DNA of 64,000 bases from Octopus vulgaris. Taxonomy: Eukaryota. The stretch lies in contig OX597833.1 in the NCBI GenBank assembly GCA_951406725.2, forward strand, positions 7,626,001 to 7,690,000, written 5' to 3'. Position numbers and translations under genes: made by a program. Below the pieces are notes generated by a model. That model saw nothing but the letters and a program-made list of their open reading frames with translations, was not told where the DNA came from and ran no database searches. How positions within the stretch are numbered: position 1 is the first letter of the stretch; every line of letters starts with the position of its first letter. Positions 13,381 to 28,251 of the stretch are shown piece after piece.

Positions 13381-13742
13381 TCTTTACTCTTTTACTTGTT
13401 TCAGTCAACTCAACTCCGGGGACTTATTCTTTGTAAGCCCAGTACTTATTCTATCGGTCTCTTTTGCCGAACCGCTAAGTGACGGGGACATAAACACACC
13501 AGCATCGGTTGTCAAGCAATGCTAGGGGGACAAACAAAGACACACAAACACACACGCACATAATATATATACATATATACGACGGGCTTCTTTCAGTTTC
13601 CGTCTACCAAATCCACTCACAAGGCATTGGTCGGCCCGAGGCTATAGTAGAAGACACTTGCCCAAGATGCCACGCAGTGGGACTGAACCCGGAACCATGT
13701 GGTTGGTAAGCAAGCTACTTACCACACAGCCACTCCTGCGCC
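13379..13742 (-). mobile_element. SINE family 1 (internal deletion); partial heads also at 11261-11410 (-) and 13017-13128 (+)
   Basis: High identity to the 4369-4797 copy. Confidence 0.9.
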
Positions 13743-13790
<48 letters not shown>

Positions 13791-13950
13791 CATATACATA
13801 TACATATATATATGTACGTATGTATATAAATATATATATGTGTGTGTGGGTGTATGTATGTATATATATATAGTATGTGGGTGCATGTGTTAGATGTAAC
13901 CATCTTGTCTTTATATACGTTATCTATGCGGACATAAAAAGAAATATCAG

Positions 13951-13990
13951 TTGGACTGGTTTCAGTCCTCTATTAGGATTTCATCAGTCC
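13951..13990 (-). ncRNA. Minimal hammerhead-like motif
   Basis: CTGATGA-AATCCT-aatag-AGGACT-GAAA-CCAG-TC-CAA, preceded by a partial tandem duplicate of itself. Confidence 0.55.
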
Positions 13991-14442
13991 TCTATTGGTT
14001 CCATCAGTAACTGCCCACAGAAACACTATTTATAAACTCACAATATACTGAAAGTTTCGGTGAACTGGAGGGACTGATTTGCATGTATAACGCATTTTTA
14101 TAGCCGTTAATTCGTCAATTAACAGTGCATAGCTTCAATGCCCTATACTGTATCCAGAATATATCTGTAAAAGATTGATTTGGAACCCAAACAACTGAAA
14201 GAGAGCTACCAGAGATGCAGCTATGACAGCTGAAATCAGTGCAAGGCGGTTGTGGTTGGCTAGAGACCGCAGATTGTGTTTTTTGTGTGGGTGAAGGTAA
14301 AGTATACAGATCAGGAGGCGAAACACTTGAGACCTTGATATATCTGCCGAAGGGATAGTTTTAGACACCATTGGAAGAAAAGCTTGCAATATTTTAAAGT
14401 TGGTTCTGCAGTTTCTGCAAGGAACAAAACATATCATTTCAG

Positions 14443-14675
14443 TGACGAGCTGGCAGAAACGTTAGCACGCCGGACGAAATGCTTTGTGGTATTTACACTG
14501 TGTGGATGGTAAGAATTGAAGTTCAAATTTCGCCGAGGTCGACTTTGCCTTTCATCTTTTCGGGGTCGGTTAAATAAGTACCAGTTTCGCACTGGGGTCG
14601 ATGTAATTGACTTAATCCCTTTGTCTGTCCTTATTTGTCCCCTCTATGTTTAGCCCCTGTGGGCAATAAAGACAT
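14443..14675 (+). mobile_element. SINE family 2 with 14-bp TSD
   Basis: TSD ACATATCATTTCAG at 14429-14442 and 14676-14689. Confidence 0.9.
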
Positions 14676-15306
14676 ACATATCATTTCAGCCTTCACTGCC
14701 TGCATAGACAGATGTAGACATCTTGTCTTTCTATAACATATCTTCTATCCGGGGAGAGATGCTCTATATAAAGACAAGCCTATTTCTATTCATTTCATAG
14801 AGCGGGATAATATCAATAGATATGTACCTTAGTATATAGTCGCATTAAACATACAGTAATGGAACGTTTATTTAAATAATGTGTAGCAAAGCTTTGCTTG
14901 CACAGGTAATAGTCTTTTTTAAATATAAGTTACTGCTTCTGCTTTCTTTAAAGACATCTCCCCCAGGATTAATCGCTAGTCTATCCCAGGTAACTCGCTA
15001 CTCTTTAACAGCAAAACAGACGACATATCAATACACAGTCACGTATGCATGTGTGTATATAAAATTATAAGTGTATAACTGATTTATATATATATATATA
15101 TATGCGCGCGTGTGTGCATGGACCACTGAATTCAACACGTTTTTTTTTTTTCGTCTTTCCCCTATTTATATTCTCTTATTCCTTTGTGTTGAAGAACGTA
15201 AACTCGAAACGTAAAAGACTTTTACCATTTTCCCGAGCGTCAAACTAATGCACCTGCTTATTGTTCCTACATCTGTCTTCGTATTTGTTGTTCTATAAAT
15301 TTGAAC

Positions 15307-15384
<78 letters not shown>

Positions 15385-15393
15385 TGGATTAAC

Positions 15394-15451
<58 letters not shown>

Positions 15452-15453
<2 letters not shown>

Positions 15454-15828
15454 TCTTTACTCTTTTACTCTTTTACTTGTTTCAGTCATTTGACTGCGGC
15501 CATGCTGGAGCACCACCTTTTAATCGAGCAACTCGACCCCGGGACTTATTCTTTTGTAAGCCCAGTACTTATTCTATCGGTCTCTTTTGCCGAACCGCTA
15601 AGTAACGGGGACATAAACACACCAGCATCGGTTGTCAAGCAATGCTAGGGGGACAAACACAGACACACAAACACACGCACGCATATATATATGTACATAT
15701 ATACGACGGGCTTCTTTCAGTTTCCGTCTACCAAATCCACTAACAAGGCTTTGGTCGGCCCGAGGCTACAGTAGAAGACATTTGCCCAAGGTGCCACGCA
15801 GTGGGACTGAACCCAGAACCATGTGGTT

Positions 15829-15832
<4 letters not shown>
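15452..15832 (-). mobile_element. SINE family 1
   Basis: High identity to the 4369-4797 copy; head truncated. Confidence 0.9.
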
Positions 15833-15894
<62 letters not shown>

Positions 15895-16251
15895 AAGAGT
15901 AGATAGATAGATGGATAGATAGATGGACAGACAGACATATACATACATACATTCATGCATAAATATTTGTTTTTATGTTCAGTTGTAATAAAAACCCCAG
16001 TATGGCCGCAATCTAATGAGTGAAACAAGTAAAAGCGAAAAGATATATATATATATTTATATATACTAAAAACATACACATACAGAGAAGAAGAAGAAGA
16101 AGAAGAAGAAGAAGAAGAAGAAGAAGAAGAAGAAGAAGAAGAAGAAGAAGAAGAAGAAGAAGAAGAGAGAGGAGAGAAAGTAGATAGAGTAAAGGCTGTG
16201 AAGGCAATGGTTTGTAATGTGAAGTAAAGCTCACTGGTTGTTGTCAGACGA

Positions 16252-16305
16252 CAGTCAGCGATTGGCTGATAGGGAGGAACCAATGAGAATCGCTGAATTG
16301 GGAGA
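16252..16305. promoter_or_regulatory. Triple CCAAT-box cluster, candidate FoxF promoter or proximal element
   Basis: ATTGG at 16261 (CAGCCAATCG on - strand, NF-Y-like), CCAAT at 16280 and ATTGG at 16297, in a unique island about 2.1 kb upstream of the ATG. Confidence 0.4.
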
Positions 16306-16797
16306 CTCAGTGTAAGAGAGGCGAAGGCAGGGAAGGCAGAAGGGAGAGAGAGGGAGAGAGAGATAGAGAGATAGAAAGAGTGTAAGTGACAAGAGGAGAG
16401 AGGGAAGTGGGTTGAAAAAAGACTGATAGAGAGAAAGAGTAGCAGTGGGAGAACTAGACGGAGATAGTGATACACAGATAGATAGAGAGAGAGGGGGAGA
16501 GAAATGAGAAATTAGGAGATTCAACAGTAAGAACACACACACGCACACACATAAAAGTTTTGTTTTTGTTTTTATTTAGTTTTTTCTTCTTGATGCTGTT
16601 ATTGTTGTCGCTTTTTGTTGTTTCTGATGCAGTTTCCAGTCTTTTGGTTCATCTTATTCACGATCACTCGTCCCAACAGAAGCCAGAAAGTTTTTCAACT
16701 TTAAATTTACTATATAGACGCGCGTGTGTGTGTATATATATACATATATATATACATACACATATTATATATACATATTATATATACAAATCTATAT

Positions 16798-16840
<43 letters not shown>

Positions 16841-17632
16841 TATACGCACGCGTGCACACGGAGCTTTATATACCCACTACGAATGTCTACACACCGAAAG
16901 GATGTACCCGCGCGTTCACGAGACACTTTCCTAGGGCTACCCCCGACCCTACTCCACCCGTTTTGTCTCACCGTCTCACCCCCCACCTCCTCCTCCTTCT
17001 CTTTATCTCTCTCTCCCCCTCCCTTCTATCTCTCCATCAATGCATATATACACACGGCTCGCATGTTTTATACACTCTTGTTTTGATTTGACGTGAGAAT
17101 TGTCTACACAGACATTCAAATTTATATACACATACGTATATATTTACAAATATACCTATATATACATATACATACAGGAATATATATACACTAACACTAC
17201 ATATACACTACAAAGTACATAAATATTTATATATAGATTTATATATATATTTATTATACATTTACACAAGCACAAACACACACATATATATGTGTATATA
17301 TATATATATTTCTACATACCCACATATTGTGTTTTCATTTGATATAACAAATCTGTCCATGTTCTCAGTTATTGCACACACTGGTACATAAATACACACG
17401 TACATATAAACATAATCACACATATACATACATAAATATATATACATTTATACACATATCTATCTATATGTATACAAACATACATCACTAAAAAGAAACG
17501 ATAATTGTTTAACTTGTTAACCATGCAACGTACGTGAAATATTAATTTGTTTACAACCAATTAACATATATATCCGCTAATTACATCTTTATTTTTCATA
17601 ATTAGTATACACTCATATTTATATATACATAA

Positions 17633-17739
17633 GTAATCATATATATTTTTTCATATACGTATGTATATTTACGTAATCATATATATTTTTTCATATACGT
17701 ATATATATTTACGTAATCATATATATTTTTTCATATACG
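17633..17739. repeat. 40-bp tandem repeat, about 2.7 copies
   Basis: GTAATCATATATATTTTTTCATATACG at 17633, 17673 and 17713. Confidence 0.9.
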
Positions 17740-18427
17740 CATTTATACATTCATACACGTGTGCTATTTATTAATACGCGTAGCATACAACGTATATTTA
17801 TGCAATGTATGTATTAAATATTTTCTAGTATCACATATAATTGCAAAATATTATTATATAAATGTTTGTAGAATTTATACATATATATATATATATTTTT
17901 AGTATATTTATATTTGTAGTATATCGTATATTTTTGTAGAATGTTATATACATTTGTTGAATAACATGTATAATATACTATGTATTATGTATATATGTAA
18001 GGTTAGATAAAATAACCAATATTTGTAATATATAGCATATATGTATATACATTAACATATTGAAAAAATTTTAGTTTAACGTTATAATAAATTGATATTA
18101 GATATTTCCTTAATTATACGATATATATATATGAGTGTATATATTGTATTATACACATATAATATATAGACAAAGATTAAATAATTGTTTTACACTTTAC
18201 ATACATATATAGCTGTTATACCTCCCAAAATGTATTTAGTTTAAAAAAAAACAACTGTTTTATTTCTGTCAACGAGAACCAGTATAGAATAACACTTATT
18301 GTATTGATGATAATAACAATAACTTAAACATCAACATCAACAACAACAACAACAACACATCGCTAACAACTTCAGTAACAATCACATCACATCACATATT
18401 CGTCGCCATTAACCAAACAAAAAAATT

Positions 18428-19547
18428 ATGGATGACAAAAGTTTGGACGACAGGACTATCAGCAATGGAACTGTAAAACCCAGCTCGGAATTACCTCCAA
18501 TTGAGACTTTGGATTCTGCAGGACTGATATCAATGAAAATGGAACCAGTGAGTTCGGTAAATGAAGAAGCAGACGACACGCCAAGTACAACAACTTCACT
18601 CCCAGAATCGACATCTCCCGGTTCTAAATCTTCGAAAAAAGCCGGGGTTGGAATTCGGAGACAGGAAAAACCCCCCTATTCTTACATTGCCCTTATTGTG
18701 ATGGCAATCCAGGCGTCACCTTCCAAAAGATGTACCTTAAGTGAGATTTACCAATTTCTTCAGCAACGATTCCCGTTCTTTCGCGGAACTTATCAAGGAT
18801 GGAAGAATTCTGTGCGTCATAATTTGTCTTTGAATGAATGTTTTATAAAACTTCCAAAAGGTCTTGGACGACCCGGAAAGGGCCATTACTGGACCATCGA
18901 CCCAGCTGCCGAATTCATGTTTGAAGAAGGTTCATTTCGACGTAGGCCTCGTGGGTTCCGACGCAAATGCCAACTAAAACCTTTCGGTATGTTGAATGGT
19001 CTCGGTGCCCCGGCGCCACCAATGTTGGGTCATTCCCATTATGACCTGTTGCATCAGAATAACGGAATGCCACAGATGAACATGCCCTGTTCGGTAAACA
19101 GTACCATGCCGGTCACTTACGATAACGGTCAAGCAGTGAATCCAATGATGAGCGCCATGAACGCCGGATTATACGGCGGTGGCGGCAATATGCCCAACCC
19201 CAACGGTGTCCCACAACATAACAACAATACCAGCTGCAACTTCGGGTCACGATTCGGTTCTAGCTGCGCCATGACAGTGCCGCCCACAATGACACAAGAC
19301 TATGGACATTTAAACAACGCCACAAACAATGTCGCTCTAAGCTCAGGGATGTACGATCGAGATACAGCCACATCAAACCCAACAGCTTCGTGGCAAACCC
19401 AACGATACATTAAACAACAGCCACTCAGTCCTACAGGCAGTACGGGTTCAATTCACAGCATTTCTCCAGCCAGTAGTGAACATACACCCCACACACCTTA
19501 TGGATCACTGGGAGGTAACAGTGAACCCGTAGACTTGGCGTTAGCAG
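18428..19547 (+). CDS. FoxF: Forkhead box protein F (FoxF1/2, biniou orthologue), main coding exon; the unspliced ORF continues to the stop at 19567
   Basis: 379-aa ORF with a FoxF-diagnostic forkhead domain ([19 protein letters not shown]...[68 protein letters not shown]) and the C-terminal FoxF motif YIKQQPLSP. Consensus donor GCAG|GTAAGT at 19547/19548 (phase 1). Confidence 0.96.
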
Positions 19548-19652
19548 GTAAGTGTCTACCTTCATAATAAATGTCCTTTTTAATGTATATATCTATCAAT
19601 GTATATATGTATATATGTGTGTGTGTGTATGTTTGTATGTATGTATTTCTGG

Positions 19653-19749
<97 letters not shown>

Positions 19750-19750
19750 T

Positions 19751-19818
19751 GTTTCTTTATTAGCCACACAGGGCTGCACACAGACGGGACACATTACAAG
19801 GTAGAGCTTTTCTTTTTG
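19751..19818 (-). mobile_element. Retroelement 3' terminus attached to (TATC)n; second copy at 40112-40182
   Basis: Near-identical 68 bp (AAAAGCTCTACCTTGTAA...GCAGCCCTGTGTGGC.AATAAAGAAAC) running into a (TATC)n tract. Confidence 0.75.
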
Positions 19819-20226
19819 AGGAGAAAGACCACGGTAACCTCGGTCAATAATGTCACATGTTAACACATTTATTTGCAAGTAAGTAACTCTCTGTTTTAAA
19901 GTTTTCCGGGTTCATAGGATCATACTCAAGGCGATAGATAGATAAATGTCACAAAATGGGATGAACGATTTTGTTTATTCAAAAATCTCTGCAAATGTTT
20001 CATCCCATTTCTACGTTTCTTTTCGTAGTTGATGAGATTTATGTAATCACTAACATCCGTCCAACGTGTAAAATGTGACTCCTCAAGCGATTGTTTAAAT
20101 AAGTCCTTCTTTAGATCCTACAGACATTTTACACAGTCTGGGAATATATAACAATGTATATAAATATGTTACTTTTATGAATTTGCTTTGCGAGATTTCT
20201 GATGTGAAACCGTGAAATGAAACAGA

Positions 20227-20548
20227 TATTGCTATATTTCGAGTTGGCCATTTTCTTTTTCTCCGGTCTAATAGACACACTAGATATTCGTTCTTCACTT
20301 GTTTATTACTGTTCTTATTCTAACCCGTGTCCATTGTCCGGAAACCTTTCGTCACACATCTGCGACCTTTTCAGCGACATTTTCTGTCCTTGTGTATGCT
20401 CCTGCTCTGCTGAAGAGGTCACAGACGTGTGACGAAAGGTTTCCGGACAGTGGACGTGAGTTAGAATAAGATCAGTAAAAAACGAGTGAAGAACGAATAT
20501 ACAGTGCGTGTGTTTATTTGGCAAGAAAGAATGACCAACGCGAAATAT

Positions 20549-20554
<6 letters not shown>
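20227..20554. repeat. Fold-back inverted repeat of a PLE-like terminus; each arm carries a hammerhead-like core
   Basis: Core arms 20284-20375 and 20409-20500 (about 10 mismatches in 92 bp), extending to about 150 bp. Right arm reads CTGAAGA-G-GTCACA-gacg-TGTGAC-GAAA and ends in (TA)n. Confidence 0.85.
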
Positions 20555-20606
<52 letters not shown>

Positions 20607-20624
20607 GCATGTATATAAATATGA

Positions 20625-20667
<43 letters not shown>

Positions 20668-20977
20668 CTCATATATATATATATATATATAAACATATAT
20701 ATATATACATATATATGTATATATATATATATACATGTGTATCAATGTATATAGATATTATGTATATGTATATGTACACATGTATCTATCTATGTATTCA
20801 TGTGCGCGAGTTTCGTGGTCTATGTCTACATATACGTGCATACGTATGTAAATGTGCACATATGTGTGTGTGTGTGTGTGTGCATATATGTGTACATGTA
20901 TGCGTATGTGGATGTACAAATGAATGCACGTCTGGATGCATGTATATTCGAAATCTCCTCTATTCATACACACAAAT

Positions 20978-21092
<115 letters not shown>

Positions 21093-21216
21093 GAGCACTT
21101 GCATACATATGGATTTGAAAGAAATGGTTGTACTCAGGTGCACTTGAACTAAAGCCTCAAACAATGACATCACTTATTATTATTACACACACGCGCACAC
21201 ACAACCACACACACAA

Positions 21217-21265
<49 letters not shown>

Positions 21266-21389
21266 CATATATATAATTTCAATACGGAGCAAATAATTCA
21301 ATAGAAAAACTCAGGAGAAAAACTTTTGACTGTTATATCCAGCAGGTAGACATACTTAGTATGTACTGTGATTAATTTTAATCTTATAA

Positions 21390-21466
<77 letters not shown>

Positions 21467-21489
21467 CATGTATGTATACGTATAATATA

Positions 21490-21537
<48 letters not shown>

Positions 21538-21722
21538 AATGACGTAATCAGATCGGATGGTTCATATTTATAGATATTTATTTATATATTACATTTTTTA
21601 CATATATATCATATCATTCAGATCATATCATTCAGATCATATCATTCGGATTATTAGCGCTTTCTCCCAATCCAGTGGGGTTTTCAAATCAAATCAAATC
21701 AAATATATATATATACATATAC

Positions 21723-21853
<131 letters not shown>

Positions 21854-22178
21854 TATATACCTGTGTGTGTATGTATGTGTATCAGCCTTTCGCTACTGTG
21901 ATTAATTATATATATCAACATTTCATGTACAAATATCATTGCGTTGGTCTGTGTCGACTGTCTGTTTATTTAGTCACTTACCCAGCTATCAATCAATCAA
22001 TATCAATCAATCAATCAATCAATTTGTCTATCTGTCTTTCTGTCTGCCTGTCTGTCTGTATATATGTATGTCTAAACTGTTTTTTTTTTCATGTACTTAT
22101 CAAACTATATGCATGTGTGTTTGTGTGTGTGTGTATATAAATATACACACTTATACATACATCATATATATATATATA

Positions 22179-22550
22179 TCTTATATCTATATATAAACGG
22201 CAGTTTGTCTGTGTGTGTTTCTGTGTGTCTGTCAGGTTGTACCCTCACCCTGACCACGGCTTTCAACCGATTCTGATGAAACTTGACACACACATAGCCC
22301 AATGTCATAATTCAAAACTAACGCAGCGAAAATTTTGAAAAGTTCCCCCAGTTCTGAAAAAATCGATAAATTCGACATGGGGTCGAGAATCAGAAACACA
22401 AACCACAGACTGTCTAGGGAACGCAACTCGACCTTTTTAACTAAAAAAAATTTACCATCATTTTTTTTTCCATTTTTTGGCTATAACTCTCTAAAAATGC
22501 TTTATAGTTATTTCCCTTACAAATCCGAGCAACGCCGGGCGATACTGCTA

Positions 22551-22551
<1 letters not shown>
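22179..22551 (+). mobile_element. Non-autonomous Helitron-like element
   Basis: 5' TC, internal GTCT/GT microsatellite, CCGATTCTGATGAAACTTG motif, 3' hairpin CCGAGCAACGCCGGG then CTAG, inserted between A and T without a TSD. Confidence 0.8.
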
Positions 22552-22603
<52 letters not shown>

Positions 22604-22747
22604 AATATTTATATACATGTTATGTACGCACCCTCATATTTCAATGAATATACTTTTATTAAGACAATCTGTGTAATAATGTCCCTTCTACTTATACATC
22701 TACTCCCTAATTGATGTGTTTGCCTATTTTTTACACACATAATTACA

Positions 22748-22782
<35 letters not shown>

Positions 22783-23025
22783 TTACACATATATATGAGG
22801 GATTGTCAATTCTGGCAAAACACTTTATAAGCTCCCTCTTGCTATACCGGGCTAACAATATTGTTTAGATTAATAAAGAACTCCACATATTCTTATGACA
22901 GGGTCCAAGGTTCATCACCATTCTATACTGAAACCCAATGGTTCTGTTCCCAGTCATACCAGGGTTTTTTACACACAGTAATATACAAGACAAGGCATAA
23001 ATAATGGCCGTTACACATTCTTCTG

Positions 23026-23168
23026 AAGTAGCTTGCTAACCAACCACATGGTTTCGGGTTCAGTCCCACTGCGTGGCATCTTCGGCAAGTGTCTTCTGCT
23101 ATAGCCCCGGGCCGACCAATGCCTTGTGAGTGGATTTGGTAGACGGAAACTGAAAGAAGCCTGTCGTA

Positions 23169-23216
<48 letters not shown>

Positions 23217-23430
23217 TGTGTGTGTTTGTATGTCTGTGTTTGTCCCCTAGCATTGCTTGACAACCGATGCTGATGTGTTCCCGTCCCCGTCACTTAGCGG
23301 TTCGGCAAAAGAGACCGATAGAATAAGTACTGGGCTTACAAAGAATAAGTCCCGGGGTCGATTTGCTCGACTAAAGGCGGTGCTCCAGCATGGCTGCAGT
23401 CAAATGACTGAAACAAGTAAAAGAGTAAAA
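23026..23430 (+). mobile_element. SINE family 1
   Basis: High identity to the 4369-4797 copy. Confidence 0.9.
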
Positions 23431-23585
23431 AATTAGTAAATCTGACTTACAGCTGTTTCCGGTAGTCATTATAGGTTCATTATTAACAAGTTTACTCAAT
23501 CGGTCAATGGATCAGTGGAGAAAAATTGAGTCACCGAGAATACTAAAGCTAACAGCAACTGAATCTGTAACATATCTCTCCAGAT

Positions 23586-24290
23586 CAGTGTTTCTGAACC
23601 ACTTTTTATCTGTGGACCTCTTTGATTCCTAAATTACTATATAGGGTCCTCTATACAGCCTATTCTGTATAGGGTCACCTATACAGTAATTTGATGCTAA
23701 AAAATCCAAATATATTTCTATAATTAAATATCATTAGGAATCGTATAAAAAATTGTTAAAATATTATCTCTCGAAAAACGACGACACCGTGGTGATCTCA
23801 TTCTCGCTCACAACATCATAAGCAGAAAGTGTAACCTCTCGAAAGAGCTGTTTTTCACTCCTGCTCCAGAGCGTGGGCTGCAGGGTCACTCCGAAAATCT
23901 GTATCTTCGAGGATTTCATCTCAGTCGAAGGGGAGGGGCTTTCTCCGTCCGGGTTGCTGATCCGTGGAGTAAGCTGCCGGACGAGATAGTGAAGATGCCG
24001 ACGACCGCTCGGTTCAAAGTCTCTCTTGACCAGAAATGGCCTGAACTCTTTGTATGACCACTCTCCCTGTACATAACTCCCTGTCCCCCTACATGGCCTT
24101 GCTTTTGCTTTTTGAGCCAATAAAAATTGAATTGAATTGAATTGAATTTTGTGTGTATTGTGTGAATATAGCCAATGTATTGCATGCATATAAATTATAA
24201 CAAAATCTTCTGTGGGGCCCCCAAGGCCATGTGAACCCTAAGGGCGATGTGGACCCTAAGGGCCATGTGCACCTTGGTTGAGAACCACTG
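23586..24290. mobile_element. hAT (Charlie-like) MITE with 8-bp TSD, hosting a nested LINE fragment
   Basis: TIRs CAGTGTTTCTGAACC and GGTTGAGAACCACTG; TSD CTCCAGAT (23578-85) and CTCTAGAT (24291-98); three 18-bp subterminal repeats. Confidence 0.85.
23767..24149 (+). mobile_element. CR1-group LINE 3' end
   Basis: SLEKRRHRGDLILAHNII...LQGHSENL...AFSVRVADPWSKLPDEIV...FKVSLDQKW..* (stop at 24057), then AATAAA and a (TTGAA)n tail. Confidence 0.88.
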
Positions 24291-24498
24291 CTCTAGATCG
24301 TTCAATGTTTTTACACCCAATCGATGAACCATTTGAGGAAACCTATCGATAACGACCCTACAATGATTACTGGAAACAGCTGAAAGGAAAGGAAAATATG
24401 GAATGACCATTATTTATGCCTTGTCTTTTATCTCTCTCTCTCTCTCTTTCTCTCTCTGTATATATATATATGTATATGTATATATATATATGTATATA

Positions 24499-24577
<79 letters not shown>

Positions 24578-24646
24578 GCGTGTATATATACATGTAGAGG
24601 TTGGTACGTACATATATGTTTATATATATGCATGTTTTATTTATTA

Positions 24647-24681
<35 letters not shown>

Positions 24682-25264
24682 TGTATGTATATATGTATGT
24701 ATATGTATGTATATATATATATATATATATATGTATCAAATTAAATAAATGAAAAAACAGGACCCAAAGGATGTTGCGGTACATATGGTTCACATATATC
24801 CCATCACCTATGCTTTTAGCTGGCATATATATATATATATATATATATATACACGCCTATGTGTGCACGTATGTATACCTCTGCATCTGTTTACCTTTCA
24901 TATAATTACGTAATCTCTAAACAGTGTTTCTCTATGTGTCTATAATGCAAAATTATTCAAGTGCTTCCAGAGTGATTAGAAATATATACTCTGTATATTC
25001 TATACATTTAAACTTTATATACTCTATTTACTTTGTATTTTATACACATTTTGTACGTTATACAATCTGTATCCAATGAATATACGGTATATACATAAAT
25101 ATATGTGCGTTTGTTTTCTTGTTTGTTTGTGTAATGATAGAGAGATAGATAGATAGAGAGAGATAAATTTTTAGTGATTACTAGATAGATGACATTTTTA
25201 TACACACACACATACACACATTTGCATATACATACATATATATATATATATGTGCATATATGTA

Positions 25265-25330
<66 letters not shown>

Positions 25331-25539
25331 GAATTAGAGATAAAAAAATATATATATATTATATATTATATTAATTTTATATTATTTGTTATTTATGTAT
25401 TGGTTTATGTCTATCACTGTTTGAGTTGCATAATAGTGTTTTTATCTCTAATTCGTATTTTATATTTATATATTGATACTGTGAAATTTGATTTAATACT
25501 AAATTGAATTTTTCCCTGTAAGTTTTGAGTTATACTCCC

Positions 25540-25596
<57 letters not shown>

Positions 25597-26091
25597 GTAT
25601 ATGTATATGCATACATACACATTGAATAAATACATATATGTATATTTATCTATCTATCTATATGTATGTGTTTGTGTGCGAGTGCGATGTGTGTGTGCGT
25701 GTGTATATGGCCTGAACTTCTGAAATGAGTAATTGCCACAATTGTACATAGGTAAATTATGTCGAATGCCTTCATCTCAGTTGCTGTAGTCACAACATTT
25801 CGCTCGTCCTACCCTCCAGCCCGCTTCAGGTGTTCGGCCTATTCAATAACTTTCGCTGAATGTCAGTCGCTCTCGGAAACTCTCATTCTTCTTATCATAC
25901 CAAGGATATTCTCTCCCAAATTATGATGCCGTTTGATGAGCGATGCGACCAACAGAAGTTGCAACTTGAAGCTGCAACTGTCTGTTATCGAATTACATAG
26001 TAAGTCAACAGGATTGTGAGTAAAAAGGTATTTATTAGTGATTGGAATGCTTCGTGTGGGTTCGATGGTTTGGTCAGCGAAACTGCACCTA

Positions 26092-26302
26092 TCTTTTACT
26101 TGTCACTGGACTGTGGCCATGCTGGGGCACCGCTTTTAGGGATTTGGTCGAACAAATCGAGGCTAGTAATTACTTTTCTAACCTGTTGCTTATTCTGTCA
26201 GTACCTACTACCGATCCGCTAGGTTATAGGGACTGGTTATGAATAGTGAAGGGGGATAAACATATGTACAAAAACACACACACACACAAACGCCCCACCC
26301 AC

Positions 26303-26358
<56 letters not shown>

Positions 26359-26498
26359 GACGGGATTCTTCCAGTATCCGTCTACAAAAATCCACTCAAA
26401 CAGGCTTTTGTTGGCCTGAAGCTACGGTAGAAGATAACTGACCCACTTGGAACTTTGTGATTGGGAAGCAAACTTCTTCCCATGGCTACACCGACGCC
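26092..26498 (-). mobile_element. SINE family 1, diverged
   Basis: Recognisable tail and body blocks. Confidence 0.75.
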
Positions 26499-26538
26499 TA
26501 ATATATATATATATACATACATAAATACTTACATACAC

Positions 26539-27036
<498 letters not shown>

Positions 27037-27069
27037 ATATATATATATACGTATATATACGTATATATT

Positions 27070-27103
<34 letters not shown>

Positions 27104-27146
27104 TACATATATATATATATATATACATGCATATATATATACATGC

Positions 27147-27181
<35 letters not shown>

Positions 27182-27831
27182 TGTATATATATATATGTAT
27201 ATATATACGTATATATACGTATATATTTGCATATATATATATACACGCATGTATACATATATACATATATATATATACATATACATATATATGTATGTAT
27301 ATGTATATATGCATGCATATATGTATATATACATATTTATATATATATATGTATATATATGTATATATATATACACCCACATGTATATATATGTATATAT
27401 ATATACACACACAGAGGCCATACTTACAGTTAATCTAATCTAATATTTAACTTATAACCTATCACAATATTTATACTTAGCGTCTAAGTACCATATAATT
27501 AGTTATTACCTAATTATAGTTTATTAATTGTCCAATACAATATTTACTAGTTACCATATAAACCTAATATGTAAATATTAACTCAATTTGTTATGACACT
27601 TCAAGTTAACGTTTTGTCAATTAACTGATTATCATCGTTTAGTTAATTAGAATCTGTGTAATATAGAAGAACAGGACAAACGGACAATGTTGCTTACTTG
27701 TTGTACTTACTCTTAAGTCATTAGTTGAAGCCTCTCTAATTAATGTTTTAGTGATCAGAAAATATTCCCATAAATAGATCAGTCATTACTGGATGTGATG
27801 TTTATGTATGTGTATGTATATAGATAGATAC

Positions 27832-27878
<47 letters not shown>

Positions 27879-27932
27879 TAGATAGATAGTATATATATAT
27901 ATATATTTATATTTGTACTGCATGTATATTTG

Positions 27933-27974
<42 letters not shown>

Positions 27975-28007
27975 TATACATACATATATATATATACATA
28001 CATGCAC

Positions 28008-28040
<33 letters not shown>

Positions 28041-28179
28041 ATAATGAAATTATACAATATGTGTATATATATATATATATATATACATATATAATAATGA
28101 AATTATACACTATGTATGCATATATATATATGTATAAATATATATATATATATATAGGGGGCCTGTGTGTATTTATGTA

Positions 28180-28251
<72 letters not shown>

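Noticed and set aside
24225-24275. CRISPR-like repeats (also 43685-43865)
   Set aside because: Short tandem repeats inside a MITE or SINE, with no unique regular spacers and no cas genes, in a eukaryotic context.
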